Source: Eledone cirrhosa
Taxonomy: Eukaryota
Reading direction: 5' to 3'
Length of the DNA stretch: 64,000 nt
NCBI GenBank assembly: GCA_964016885.1
Contig: OZ024745.1
Location: forward strand, 37,634,001-37,698,000
Part shown: in pieces, positions 1-14,980 of the stretch
How positions within the stretch are numbered: the first letter of the stretch is position 1
Layout: every line of letters starts with the position of its first letter
The notes under the pieces: generated by a model
The model's database searches: none
What the model saw: the letters and a program-made list of their open reading frames with translations, nothing else
What the model was told of the DNA's origin: nothing
Program-made: the position numbers and the translations under genes

Positions 1-14
1 TATATGTATATATG

Positions 15-93
<79 letters not shown>

Positions 94-420
94 AATTACA
101 TATATGCGAGTGTGTATGCATACAAATATACACACAAATACCATCTGAATATGGTAAATGCGATAGATATTCGGCATGCTTACTTATTGTTTGTTTTCTT
201 GTTTCCTTTCATTGCTGAAATATATTGCAATATAACGACTGTAAAATAATAGAGTTTTTCCCGGCGTAACAAACCTTAAACTATTTTATGTAGATTTTTA
301 TGTGAATCTTCATTTTTATGTTACAAACCGCTTCATTGGTGACAAGTGTAAACTATCCGCTGCTGAGAACTAATACACCCACACTTCACTACCACGTTGA
401 TACCATTACTGTTGTAGTGA

Positions 421-720
421 AGGCGCGTGATTAATGTTTAGAGTGTTCAGTACATGATCGTATCGTTGTGTGTTCGATTCCCAGTGACACGTTGCGTCCT
501 TGAGCAAGGCACATTACTTCACGTTGCTTCATTCTTTTCAGCTGGTAAAAAAATAATCGTATTTCAAAGGGACATACATGTCACATACTGTGTTACATCG
601 AACCTCCTCAAGAATTACATTAAGGATGCATATGTCTGTGGAAAGATCCGTCACTCGAACGTTAATTTCACGTGCAAGGCTCTTCCGCTATTCGAAGAAC
701 TGTAACAATCGTTATCGGAA
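421..720 (+). mobile_element. tRNA-derived CORE-type SINE (family B), diverged copy
   Basis: tRNA-like head (GGCGCGTGATTAATGTTTAG ... GTTCGATTCCC B-box) followed by TCCTTGAGCAAGGCAC CORE-like motif. Homologous copies occur at ~4821-4950(+), 5190-5440(-), 16880-17040(-), 20280-20580(-), 20920-21060(+), 30480-30625(-), 58430-58700(+) and 63640-63760(+). Confidence 0.75.
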
Positions 721-2342
721 TCTGGTGAGGAAATAGACTCCGATAAGTTAGAAGATGCCCAAGAAACGCCGTATATCACTACAGTGCCCCTGCGACTCCA
801 TCAGAAGTTAGGGGTTAAAAAGAAGAAAGACAATCGTGTCATTGTTGCTGTTTGTCCTCCTTAATACCGCCATCACCATCACCACCATCACTACAATTAA
901 ACCCCCCCCCCCTTTAACTCCCCTTCCTCCTCCCCCTCAACCCCCTCCTCATCCTCCTCATCCTCCTACTACTACTAGATATTGCTACTACATATTGAAG
1001 ATGTTGCTGATAGTAATGCTTAATGAGAACAATTCAGTATAAATTCGGTATTTGTGAAACTAGAGATGATATTGAAAATGAGATAATTCCCAAAATCAAT
1101 AGTCTCAGTTTAGAGGTGTTATAGTATTCTCAAACCCAAGGCGGGAGATTGGAATAATCGCTAGTCTTCGGTAAAATGCTTAGTTGTATGTAGTTGCGGC
1201 ACTTAACATTCTGACTTAAAATCAAGCTGAGTTGAACTTTTCTTTTTATCCTTCTAGAATCGATAAAAAATGATTATTTTAACATAAGTTGAGCCTACTT
1301 CTGTAGATCTAAATCTAATTGTATGTAGTTCTAAACACTACATGTGCTTATAAGATTAATGATAGTTACAAGACTTAAAATACTTATAAAATGTTTACAT
1401 TAGACATTATAAATGCTTCTCAGACATATTAAACATTAGCTCATGAAACCTCTGTTAAAGAGTTGTGCAGTTCTAGCATTTCCTCAAAATAAAACCTGTT
1501 CTGTGCTCAAATGAATCCAAGGTCGACCTTGTTTTTCTTCCTTCCAGGAACCAGACAAGTAATGGGTTAAATTTAATTGAATTTTCTCTCGTCCCAAATT
1601 GCTAGAGTTATTCCCATGGCTTATTTAAATTACTGTGGACCCAATACGAATTGCATTGTTGATGAATTTCTCTTTGCCAAATAGCTTACTTAAATCTGAA
1701 ACGATTTTCTTGGTAGGGTAAAAATCTGAAACGATTTTCTAGGTAGGGTAAGTGTCTGATAAAAATAAATATGCTAATCCTATTACTAACATTTCGATAG
1801 TTGATTCTGTCGCACTAAAGGACCAAAGGGTGGGAGTAATAAACCAGGCGACGGATTAAGACTACTTCTGAAATAGGTCAAAGCACGATTTGAACCCAGA
1901 AAGCAGGGGAACAAAATTTTTCGTTAATAAAGTAAAAAAAAAAAAAAAAAAAGCGAAAGTGATTGGAAAGAGATAGTAATAGAAAATAAAGAGAATGTGA
2001 GCAGTAGACATAGACACAGACACATATCGAGAAATGAATAGTGTATTTTTATATTTCTATTCACATAAATATTCAAGTATTTAACTTATAAATGAAAATA
2101 TAGGTCTTTCACACAATACAATATTAAGCTATAGAATATAGTATTTAAAAAGAAAAATAGCATATTTAGTCATATTTTTCTGGCCCGAGGTTTAGCTACG
2201 GCAGAGTCTTGAGGGGGTCGGATTAAATGTTTGATCGATCCTTTTCTAGTTCTCTGTGCTTTGACTTCATATCTCTTTAAGATAAAGCGAAAGAGTTATT
2301 TATTTGCTCTTATCAATTGGAAAGACGCGCCAGTTCAAACTG

Positions 2343-2376
<34 letters not shown>

Positions 2377-2489
2377 AGAAAAACGATCAAGTTTTGTTTT
2401 CATGTTTTTATTATGTATCGACCTGTTACGCGCGTTTCGCAGATGATTGGCTCAAGGTCAACCATGCAAGTTGTGGACCCTACTTATTT

Positions 2490-4007
2490 CCGAAAATAAA
2501 TGAGCAGCTGATTCTATCTGAAACTCAGTCTGGTTTCAGATCGGGAAGGGGTATAATGAATATGATCTTCGCAGTTAGACACCTGCAAGACAAACACATA
2601 GAACAGCGCATGCCTTTGTATTCATAATAAATAAAGGCTGTCCACAAACATTTTTGCACATCTTCAAATAACTGTATGGAGATATGAAGACCAGGGTTGT
2701 ATTTAATGGAAAACTCTCGGAAAATATCTATGGCCAACGTTGCTAAGCGAGGAGATATTCTTGCTCCAACGCTATTTGCAATATACTTTGTTGTCCTCCT
2801 TATGCATTTCACAACTGCGATCGAGGCATAAACCTAGTCAAGTCTTTAATTTAAGGAAATTTAATAAATTTATGACATCCAATGTACTGATACAAAAACG
2901 TTTGTATGCTAATGATACAGCCCTTTTTGCACACTCAGATGCAAATATGCAGTGCACGATGAATACATTTTCAAAGCATATATACTCATTTTGGGCTCAC
3001 TGTACACTTAACTAAGACCAAGGTGATGTACACCCCATCACTAGAAGAACTTTATGTTGTACTAAATGTATATGCGAATAGGACTAGGTTAGCGGAGGTG
3101 GATGTTTTTTTTCTATCTGAGTAATATTGTGTCAAAGGACATGAGTTTAGATGCAGAAATACAACTTCGAGTAAAGAAGGCAAACGTTGCATTTGGAAAA
3201 TTAATGAAAAAGGTGTGATTAGACACAAAAATAACCGTGTATGAGGCATATGTGCTTACATTTTTGTTGTAGGGGTATGAAGCATGGGCCACTTACCGGT
3301 GGTGTTTCAAAATACTTGAAAGTTTCCACCAGATGTGAGTACATTCGGCAGATCCTAACTATTAAATGAAGAAGCATGGCATCTAATTCAGAGGTCTTAT
3401 TATGATCTGTATGCTTTATAATCAATTCCCTTAGCATTAAGAATCAAATATGATGGGTAGGGCATCTTGTTTGCATGAGTGATGCAAGGCTTCTAAATAC
3501 AATCTTTTGCGGTGAGCTTGTGCAAGAAAAAGGACAACAGAAGCCTAAGAAAAAGTTCAAAAATATATTAAGCAAAATGTAAAATTTATGGGCATAGATA
3601 TAAATCAAAAGGAAAAGCAAGCTGTTGATCGTAATACATGGAAAAGGGAAAAATACTATTAAATCAGCGTCAATTATTGGATGAAACGAAAAAAGGCAAA
3701 AGCAGAGCTAAAACAAGCTTTAGGAAAGGGTGGGTTTGTAGGGATTTAAAATGTTGATTATTGGAATTGTAATTTCTGTCAGTGTCCGTCTCTCTAAAGC
3801 CAGTTTCGCAAACCATATGAAAATGCATGAAGAGACAAAATCACCTGCAGATTATGTTGCAAATCTCTCTGCATCTCCAGATATGACTACTTGTCAAATT
3901 TGTGAATTAGTTGATTGATTCAAAAGTCACTACCGTTCACATAGAAGGTTGTAAACTGAAGAGATTGAGATGGGGTTGAGACGGCTATCATCTGACTAGA
4001 TGAAGCA

Positions 4008-4010
<3 letters not shown>
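2490..4010 (+). pseudogene. Degenerate RTE-clade LINE, RT and 3' part
   Basis: Fragmentary translations LSETQSGFRSGRGIMNMIFAVRHLQDK and LYANDTALFAHS (YADD-like), plus C2H2-like remnants near 3770-3940. Many stops and frameshifts. Ends in (TA)n. Confidence 0.75.
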
Positions 4011-4043
<33 letters not shown>

Positions 4044-4428
4044 TGGTTTATTGATGCACCAGATAGAAGCCATTAAAAGATGTGAAGTGAATTTTTTATT
4101 TATATTTGAAAAGGTCTGAAAAAATATGAAAGCTCAAATTATAATATTCAATGTTGATATTGTATATATGATATTTAAATTCACGAAATATAAATAAAAA
4201 CATTTTTTGTACGTGTTCAGTTAATGAGATAAATATTCAACGGAAGTATATATAGAGAAATGTAAAAATACGCAAACAAATATTGTTTTATTATTAGCTT
4301 TAAATGTGTGGACGGGAGAGGGTAATGAATGTTATTTTTGAATTCGGCGCATCAAATTTGATTATATCCTGATATTGTAATGTACCGAACAATCTTCTGT
4401 GTGTGTGTGTGTATGTGTGCGCGTGTGT

Positions 4429-4473
<45 letters not shown>

Positions 4474-5731
4474 TGCGTGCGTGCGAGTGTGTGTGTGTGT
4501 GTGTGTGCATTTGTGCGTGTGTGTGCGTGTGTGCGTGTGTTTTATCCAGAGTGGACCTACCCTATGATTGCTTGTGTATGAGGGTTTATTTTAAGAAAAT
4601 AAATGAATCTGAGAAGCATTTGAAATGGCTATTTTTAATATTTTATGAGTGTTTTAAATCATTTAACCATCATTTACCATGTAAGAGCAGAAAAAATAAA
4701 CTTACTGCGCAAAATTTCATTTAGAATTGTAGAAATTTGATTTATATCTACACAATCAGGAGGGGTCAACTGCACGTTAAAATAACAATTGTGGATTAAA
4801 ACATAAACCAACATTTTGTGATGGCCAACAGCTTAGTGGTCAGTAAACTGTATTCGCAATCACGTGGTTGTGAGTTCGATTCCCGGACCGGGTGATGCGG
4901 TATGTCCTTGAGCAAGACACTTTATTTCACCTTACTCCTTCTGCCAGAAGTTGAGACCGGTAAATAGTATCAGCAATGGTGAACATATTCTATCGCTCGT
5001 TTTATTTTATGAGGACCACGCCAACTCGTTAAGCGATTAAGGTCTGGGATTTTGTCAATCGATTGTTAAGAAGTTCGCTTCAGAAGCATGTACTTTTCGG
5101 GTTCAGTATAACTGAGTTGTACCCTCGGCAGAGGAATTGAGATAAAAACTGCGTGGATGCCTCTCCTGTATATGATGTTGCTGACACACCGACAGTTCCG
5201 AATACGAATGATCAACTTGGTTGTTTAACGGAATAGTCTGCTCGTGAAATGAGCGTGAAAATCGCTGAGCATTCCACTGACGCCAGTCCTCTTAACGCAG
5301 TTTTCAGGGAGATTTAGCGTGACGCATTGTGTGAAAAGACTGGCCCTATGAATTGCAGGTTCAACTAATTTTTGCCAGTCGAGTGAACTGGAGCAACGTA
5401 AAATAAAGTGCCTTCCTCAAGTACACAATAGAGTATCTTAGACCACATTATGTAATGTGGCTATTTATGGGTGAGTTTAACTAAAGGGATATTTGTCTGT
5501 TATATTTAGCTGGCCGTTTGACTGCATAGAGACTCCTCCTTCGTTGGCTCTAATGTCTGTTAAGTGTTCGTGGTTGTGTGTGAGTGGGTGCGTGAACAAT
5601 CTAGCTCAGGGAAAGTACCTCGGTGGGGCATTTTGCGTTCTAAATACATATACAGCCTCTCTTACCTCCATAAGCATTTTAAACCTGAAGCAACCGATCT
5701 TTCCCCAGATTAGAACACAACCGGTTTCTTT

Positions 5732-5790
<59 letters not shown>

Positions 5791-6888
5791 AAGAATCGAC
5801 CACAGTTCTGGTGTGGTAATTTATTTACCGTCGTAATGATGAAAGGCAAAGTTGACTTCGGAGCGATTTGAACACAGAGAACAGCGAGGCAGATGAATAC
5901 TGATGCACATCATAATCCGACGCCCAACCGAATCAGCCAATTTGCTGCCTTCATACAAATACGATAGATGATGAGAAAACATACAGACTAGGCTGATCAT
6001 ACATCAATATATATTGAGGAAATTGTTGTTGTTGTTGATGTTAAGCCCCAATCGGCCTTGATCACAGACCTCAACCAACGGTTGAAGATTCTCTAGCCAT
6101 GCCATTTTTTTATAAGAATGTTTTCTTTTTCATAAGACAGTAAGGTGTAATTTGCTGTAGACTAGCTGCTATTTCTTGCAAGCCTAGCGACACAGTAAAG
6201 GTTCCTCTGCTGGCTAGATAATACCATTCTTGCTGTTGTTGGGGTAGTTGTTGTTATGGTTGTTGTTATGTTGTCTGATAATGTGGCGGTTGTTGTGGTT
6301 GTTATTACAGTTGCTTTTGTTGTTGTTGTTGCAGTTATTGTAGTTGTTTAGCCTCAAATCAGCTTTGGGGAAGTAGAACCGCAATCAAAGTCCAACAGGC
6401 CATAACTATCGTTTACTCCCGTTTCAAGATAATGAGCTGTATTTTGAGTGAGCTTTGATTGCTATTTCTAACACGAGACTCTAATTTACTCACGAGGCCA
6501 GCAGTTTTTGAATGGAGGAAAAAGTCGATTAAATAGACTTGACTGGTACTTTATTTTATGGAATACGGAAGAATGAAAGAGAAAATTAATTCCAGTAGGA
6601 TTTGAACCCAGAAGATGGTTGTGTAATGAAATAACGTAAAGCATTTCATCTGATCTGCTAACGAATCTGACAGTCATGACGGTAATGGCGGTCAGGACAG
6701 TTGCAGGAATACAACCATTGGATTTGCACCTAGAATGTACCCCTGCGATGCACAAGTCTGGGCATGGTTATTTGTGGAAGTGTGCAGTTGCCCTTGCATA
6801 TCGGTCCCCCCCCCCCTCCCGATGTTTTCCAAGTGAAAGGAAATAGGCGATACAGCTTAGTACGAGTGATGTTGCAACTCATTTCTAT

Positions 6889-8213
<1,325 letters not shown>

Positions 8214-8706
8214 TATGTGTGTGCGTGAGCGTGTATACATATGTGTAAGATGTGTGTGTGCGTGTATATAGATATATAAATATAGTCGAAGCTTACCAAA
8301 AAGGAAAAATAAGAAAGAAAAATGAATTATAAAACTATAACTAGAAAAACACGAATCTTTTTGTGAGAAAGGAGAACGAAGGATAGATAGTTGAGATTAG
8401 ATGCTATTCTTTTCAGCAGGGTAATGTTAGCGGGCAGATGTGAAGGGTGAGAGTAATGGTGCCTTCAGATAAACTTTCTTACTGTATATCACATCTGTGA
8501 AGCACAATACACTCTCTGTAGTTAAAGGATCTCCTTGCAAGACAATGGTTGCCTGTCAAGGCGAACATTACACTCTGTTGCCTATAGTTCATAGATAGAG
8601 CAACAATTATGGGGTTTTACATCATTTGTATGATGTGTGTATGCCTGTGCATAATATCAGATATAGACATGTACACATAGATGTATGCATGTGGGTGTTT
8701 GTGTGC

Positions 8707-8757
<51 letters not shown>

Positions 8758-8762
8758 CACAT

Positions 8763-8837
<75 letters not shown>

Positions 8838-8838
8838 C

Positions 8839-8934
<96 letters not shown>

Positions 8935-9160
8935 CTATTTGATATGTGCGCATCCAAACGCAAATAGTCATAACAAAAGTCGAACAAATAAGTAATAGTT
9001 AAAAAACTGGGTAAAGTTACCCTGGAGGGGAAACAACAGGACAGAGTCACCTACATTTGAGAAAGACAGAGTTCCCTTCCTTACAGACGTCTCTATCTAC
9101 CAATGTCCATCTCAATTTTCTCAACTATTATTTATAGTAACTGATTAGTATTAAGATCCG

Positions 9161-9340
9161 ATTGGCAGTATCGGTAGAAGGTCGGACGCCATGTTTTCCA
9201 GCATAGTTACGTCCCTTTAAGTTCTGAGTTCAAATCCCGCCGAGGTTAACTTTGCCTTTCATCCTTACGGGTTCGATAAAATAAAGTACCAGTAATGCAC
9301 TGGGGTAATTGCTGGCCTTGTGCCAAAGTAGAAACAATTA
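9161..9340 (+). mobile_element. tRNA-derived SINE family A (Meta-domain-like)
   Basis: ATTGGCAGTATCGGTAGA head, GAGTTCAAATCCC B-box, GCCTTTCATCCTTACGGGGTCGATAAAATAAAGTACCAG central domain and GGCCTTGTGCCAAAGTAGAAACAATTAT tail. More than 20 copies in the window. The Meta-domain assignment is from recall. Confidence 0.85.
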
Positions 9341-10144
9341 TGATCATTTGTATATAGAAGTACATATTTCAAATTTTCACATTGTGCCTTAAGTCAACCG
9401 CTTCGTTTATGTTGAGATCGATAGAATAAAGTACCAGTAATGCATTGAGATCAATTTAATGAACTTTCCCTTCCTTGTTGGCCTTGTGACTAAATCAGAA
9501 ACCATTATTCCATACATGTCAGCACATATAGCAATGAATACATAAACAATCAGAAACACACACACATACATACACACATGCATACATACGTACATACATA
9601 CATGTATACATACATACATACGTACATACATACATACATACATGCATGCATACATACACATACGTACATACATACACACACACATGCATACATTCACACA
9701 TACATACACACATACATACATACATGCATACACACATACATACATACACGTAAGGTTTGGTTTCTTCCCATCCTCATTGTTGAGGTTCGGAGACATAGAC
9801 AATTACACCAATAATAATGTATCATCGGAGAAAACAGCGGTTTCATTGAGTCTAGAATGCTCGTTTGACAATTACTCTGATCTACCTACCAAACCCGAGC
9901 TCATTCGCTATCATCATAAATGAAGCCATTCACCGCATAAATGTTTGTCAGCAAGTTAACTAAGGAGTCAGCCAGCCCTTACTACCTCATCTTATACTAT
10001 ATGACCTGTTGCTTATAGTTGGCGCTTTTTGGTGTCTACAATAATAAAAGTGATTTTGTGATGACTGAAAAATGAAATATTCGATTAAGACCGATGAATG
10101 AACTAGGCTGTGTAAAGTAATGCAAATGGGACATTAGATATTAG

Positions 10145-10935
10145 AAATAATTGTTTCTACTTTTGGCACAAGTCCAGCAATTACCCAGTGTATTACTGGT
10201 ACTTTATTTTATCGACCCTGTAAGAATGAAAGGCAAAGTTAACCTCGGCGGGATTTGAACTCAGACCATAAAGGGCCGTAACTCTTTGCTGCAAAGCATG
10301 GCGTCCGACCCTCTACCGTTACTGCCAATCCACCATTAGAAATAATTGTTTCTACATTTGGCACAAGGCCAGTAATTATCCAGTGTATTACTGGTATTTT
10401 ATTTTATCGACCCCATAAGGATGAAAGGCAAAGTTAACCTCGGCGGGATTAGAAATAATGATAACAAAGATGTTGGAATGTTACTTCGGAGTTATTTAAT
10501 GGTCTTTCATATTTCGGGATAAAAGTCCTTCATTAAAAGAAGAGTTCAGGGAACAAATTCGGAAAAAAACCCCAAAAAACTAAGGAGTTCCTTCTATCTC
10601 GGTTTTGAAATCAGTGATCCTTATCCTATACAAACTGCCAGCCAAGGGTAATGCTCGCCCTCTACCTGTTTTGTTTCTCCCCTATACAATATTTGATGGC
10701 CATTATTCTCCAGTGTAAAAGTTAGATACAGCATGTGTTATTATTAGTTTGGCAGTATCGGTAGAGAGTCGGACACCATGCTTTGAAGCATAGAGTTACG
10801 TCCCTTTATGATCTGAGTTCAAATCCCGCCGTAGTTAACTTTGCCTTTCATCCTTACGGGGTCGATAAAATAAAGTACCAGTAATGTACTGAGTATTTGC
10901 TGGCCTTGTGCCTAAAAATAGAAACAATTATTAGT
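10145..10935. mobile_element. SINE family A copies: 10145-10335(-), 10340-10450(-), 10748-10935(+)
   Basis: Same head, central domain and tail as 9161-9340. Confidence 0.85.
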
Positions 10936-11698
10936 AAATCTACTAAAATGACCAACCCCAAATATAACAATAAATATATGCTTGTGTGTGTATGTATGTA
11001 TGTATGTGTGTGTATGTGTGTGTATGCATAGATATATACAGATATGTTTTATGCATGTAAAAACACACACAAACATATACATATTGACATACAGTAACAG
11101 ATATATATACACACCTACACACAAACTTACATATTTGAACATGTGTTTATGTGAAACAGTCTAACCACCAGCACTACTACTATACTACTACTACTACTAC
11201 TACTACATACATACTACACAGACATACACACTCACATAATATATATACAAATATTTTGTACATTTTATTCACGTGTATAGCGAAAATTATAACACACAAA
11301 TACACAAACATGCACAAACACGCATATATACAAACACAAACACACACATTTATACAAAAAGATTTTTTTCAGTTTTTTTTTTCTTTCTTTCATTTTTCAT
11401 TTTTTTTTTTCAAACATGTGTATATGTAATTTCACTTAATTTCAACGCCCGCTCTATAATATTCTTATACACAACAGCCATTGGTAAAAATGAACACATG
11501 TGCTGGAAACTGAAGTCAACCGGCCTGTTATTATAACAAGCTTAACTTCCAGATTATTTTACTGATAAACACAGAAAGAATTCACTTCTACTGTTTATTT
11601 ATGTATATGTAGATTCGTTTCTTTTACTTTTTTTCATTTTCTGATATACGTCGTGTATATATGTGTGTATATAAGTTTGCGCACACGCCCGTGTGTGC

Positions 11699-11735
<37 letters not shown>

Positions 11736-11792
11736 TCCATATATATATGGATGACTGTATGTATACACACACATATACTAATACATATACTC

Positions 11793-11827
<35 letters not shown>

Positions 11828-11830
11828 CAC

Positions 11831-11905
<75 letters not shown>

Positions 11906-12589
11906 GATTTGTTGTTGTTTTTGTCTATCATATTATATCTTATCAGAATTGCTTTAATTCGCTCAGTCCACCTTATTTTCCGGTTCACCTTCTCAATACT
12001 TTCAGAATTTTAAGAACCCATGAAAGACAGAATGGAACGAGCAGATAGCTCGTTAATGACAATAAATGCAAACGAAACTAAAGTACCAAACAGCACTGAC
12101 AACATGTATACTATGTATTACATGTAGCCGTCATTATAGTAGGCGGTCGTGTATGAAAAAATGTTTGAATATATATATATATATAGATGCAATTCAATTC
12201 AAGTACTCTACGTACCGTTTCCACATAGGAATGACGGAGTATATTTAGAATAAGAAAACGCGGAGTAGTTTTAGATGTTTAAGTCGTTTATTGATAAGGT
12301 TATGGTACATATATCAGTGATGATAGTGGCCACGCGATTCCACCTAAGCAGTGCCATGATCTCACCAGACAGCTTCTTACAAAATAAGGTTACGTTCTCC
12401 AGGCAATCCAAATTAAAATGACAAGGGAACGAACAGAAATGATGTTCTTGAAGCCTTTACTCGGTCCCTTCGAAGTTTCATATATATATATATATTTATA
12501 TATATATATATGAAACTTCGAAGTCACTTACCACTTTTCTCTTCAGCATATGCACACACACATATACACACACACACATACACACACAA

Positions 12590-12645
<56 letters not shown>

Positions 12646-12646
<1 letters not shown>

Positions 12647-12735
12647 ATATATTAACAAATGGAAACTATATTTATAAAACCATATTTATTTCATTATACA
12701 TATTTCAAGGACACCAAGTTAAATTATGGTGACCC
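12646..12735 (-). mobile_element. Truncated copy of the 60.1-60.5 kb HHR module
   Basis: AAATGGAAACTATATTTA...CCATATTTATTTCATTATACATATTTCA matches 60131-60210. It is cut just before the CUGAUGA box. Confidence 0.8.
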
Positions 12736-13036
12736 TTTGTTTCTGTGCCTTTCCTTTCTTCTGTCCTACGCCAAAAAATGGCGTAGGACAGAAGAAAGGA
12801 AAGGCACAGAAACAAATAAAGGAATCCCCAGTCACTGAAGAGGTCACAGAGTGTGTGACGAAAGGACTATGACTATATATAAACAACTATCTTGTTGTGG
12901 AACCAACCAACCAACCAGAAATTTATAAATTTGTAGATTTGTAAATTTATAAATTTATAAATATATAATAAATTGAAGTGAAAGCAACTGGTGCGTGTGT
13001 TTCTTATTGGCAACATGACCCTCCCAAAGTATAACA

Positions 13037-13040
<4 letters not shown>
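12736..13040 (+). mobile_element. Short PLE-derived 3' module (sister family of the 41 kb element) with 5' fold-back
   Basis: 38-bp perfect inverted repeat at 12736-12816. Shares AAAAAATGGCGTAG, an HHR, AACCAACCAA and the terminal GGCAA..ATGACCCTCCC.AA.TATAAC+(TA)n with the PLE 3' UTR. Confidence 0.75.
12830..12874 (+). ncRNA. Minimal type I hammerhead ribozyme
   Basis: AGTCA-CTGAAGA-G-GTCACA gagtg TGTGAC-GAAA-G ga C-TA-TGACT: stem I 5 bp, stem II 6 bp, CUA cleavage triplet. Confidence 0.8.
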
Positions 13041-13122
<82 letters not shown>

Positions 13123-13440
13123 CCCACTCCTCACTGATTAACCTCGATATCACGTGATTGATTCTTTTGAATTTGCCACCGACCACGTAGGCAGTGATTT
13201 TTTTCAATGTCTTGGAATTTAGTCCACACTTGCTTTTTTCCATCCACTGAATTATTTCTGTGTAAGTTCCCTGTGTCCACGCATCGCCTGGTAACTTAGC
13301 TGAGAACAGACTTCCTGATGACGAAACGGCTTCTCCATGCTTTCCATTCGGAAACCATGTTTATTCCTTTTCAGAAACTAATTAGTTGGAGTGAAATTTT
13401 AGTAAGTAAGTTAATTTTTATAATTTTCTTATTTTACGTC

Positions 13441-13472
<32 letters not shown>

Positions 13473-14521
13473 CCTTTTCTCGCTCACATCTCACACAGGT
13501 CGGATGGTCTGTATCTCTCCTCGTCTATGATTTCACCGAACTTAAGTTCACAGATATCACGGACTTGTTTCCGCTCGTCTTATCTTTCCGTTGCATTACC
13601 ATCTATGTTTGTTTACATGTCTCGCTCGCTTCACCCTATTTTACGTGTCCCAATAACTTTCTTTAGTTATTGCTCGCACCAACCAGAGGTATACGATCTT
13701 TAAAGCGAAGAAATACCAATGAAGGCCGGAAGATCACTGATGAAGGACTAATTTTATTCATATATATATATATAGGAGACTAAATTTCAATACATAGAAG
13801 AAAAACGTACTTTATGTAAACATGAAACATGAAAACATGAAAACCCCTATTCCAGCGAAATAATTATTATGTGAGCTCGGTGTCTTTTTTTGACAACAGT
13901 AAAAGCGCATCATGAAATAGAGAAGTGAAGTGAATAATAGACACTATTATGTACAAAGCATAATATTGTAAAAGTTATGACATCACTTAATGTATGAACA
14001 TGAAGCTTGCAACGATAAATTATACAATTTCAAATCTATAACTTAACTTAGTAATCTGTTAGAAATTGGTGGTTGTGAAATATACAAAATGATATTGGTA
14101 GTCTCAAGGAAGCGTACCTTTTGTTTCAAGTACAAAGAGTAAATTAAAATCCGAATGAGCCGAATTACGAAAGATAACTTTTGTCTTACTTAATCACAAA
14201 AATTCACACAAATAACCGAAATTTTTTAATGTCTCCAAAGGCCCCAATATCGATTTTTGAAAGCCTTTGTAGATCATGTACAGGTTTTGTGCAAGGAGAA
14301 GCTCTGTAAAAAATTTCAAAGAAGTCGCATGAATGGTTTAGAATAAATGAACCCCCATTAAAAATTATCCACACACACACATACAGAAAACTTCGTCTTT
14401 ATATATATACAGAGGAATAAATTGGGTATAATACAAATTTCTTACCAAATACGAAGAAGCTCGATATATTAACCCTTTAGGAAAGGGCGCAAAGCATTTT
14501 TTCTTTTTAATTATATATATA

Positions 14522-14758
14522 CAGTGGTGGTGGAACTGGGTGGGGGCATGCCCCCCCCCCCCTCCAATAATTATATTTTCACCCCAAACTACCAAAAATC
14601 ACATCTATTTGGATATGCACTACAATTTATGTACATATGTTTATCGCATATCAAAGTTTTCCGATCATTTTATAGTGCAAAGAGCTAAATTAATCACTAC
14701 ATCTAAATGTCCAAATTTGCCCCTCACCACCAATTCAGAAATGTTTCCACCGCCCCTG
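14522..14758. mobile_element. MITE (hAT-like TIRs)
   Basis: CAGTGGTGGTGGAAC ... GTTTCCACCGCCCCTG imperfect TIRs, flanked by TATATA on both sides. Confidence 0.6.
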
Positions 14759-14774
14759 TATATAGTGAAGGTGA

Positions 14775-14980
14775 ACCGAGCGCTTGTTAGTCTCCTTCAG
14801 CTTCGGAAACATAGATCTGACCATTTCATAGGTTTCTGCATCGTTTTTGCCAAGGTTGCCACAACATTTTATTGCATATCGATCCTCCAAATTGTCCTCA
14901 CGCCCCGACAGTATTGTGGAACCAGTCAGGTGTGACAAGTTAGTGTTTAAAGTGGTGTTGCGGCTCGAGACTCAATCTGA
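14775..14980 (-). pseudogene. Mariner transposase N-terminal (HTH) remnant
   Basis: LEDRYAIKCCGNLGKNDAETYEMVRSMF resembles the mariner N-terminal motif RYAIKFC.KLGK.A.ETY.ML..AF. Confidence 0.65.

Noticed and set aside
1693-1751. 30-bp tandem duplication
   Set aside because: An isolated slippage event with no further structure.
8421-8571. Possible solo LTR or MITE (GTAATGTTAGC...GCGAACATTAC)
   Set aside because: Only an 11-bp imperfect inverted repeat, with no clear target-site duplication or second copy.
9161-9240. tRNA genes suggested by A/B boxes
   Set aside because: No cloverleaf can be folded. These are SINE heads.
13305-13345. CTGATGA-C-GAAA hammerhead-like string
   Set aside because: No stem II and no convincing stem I.
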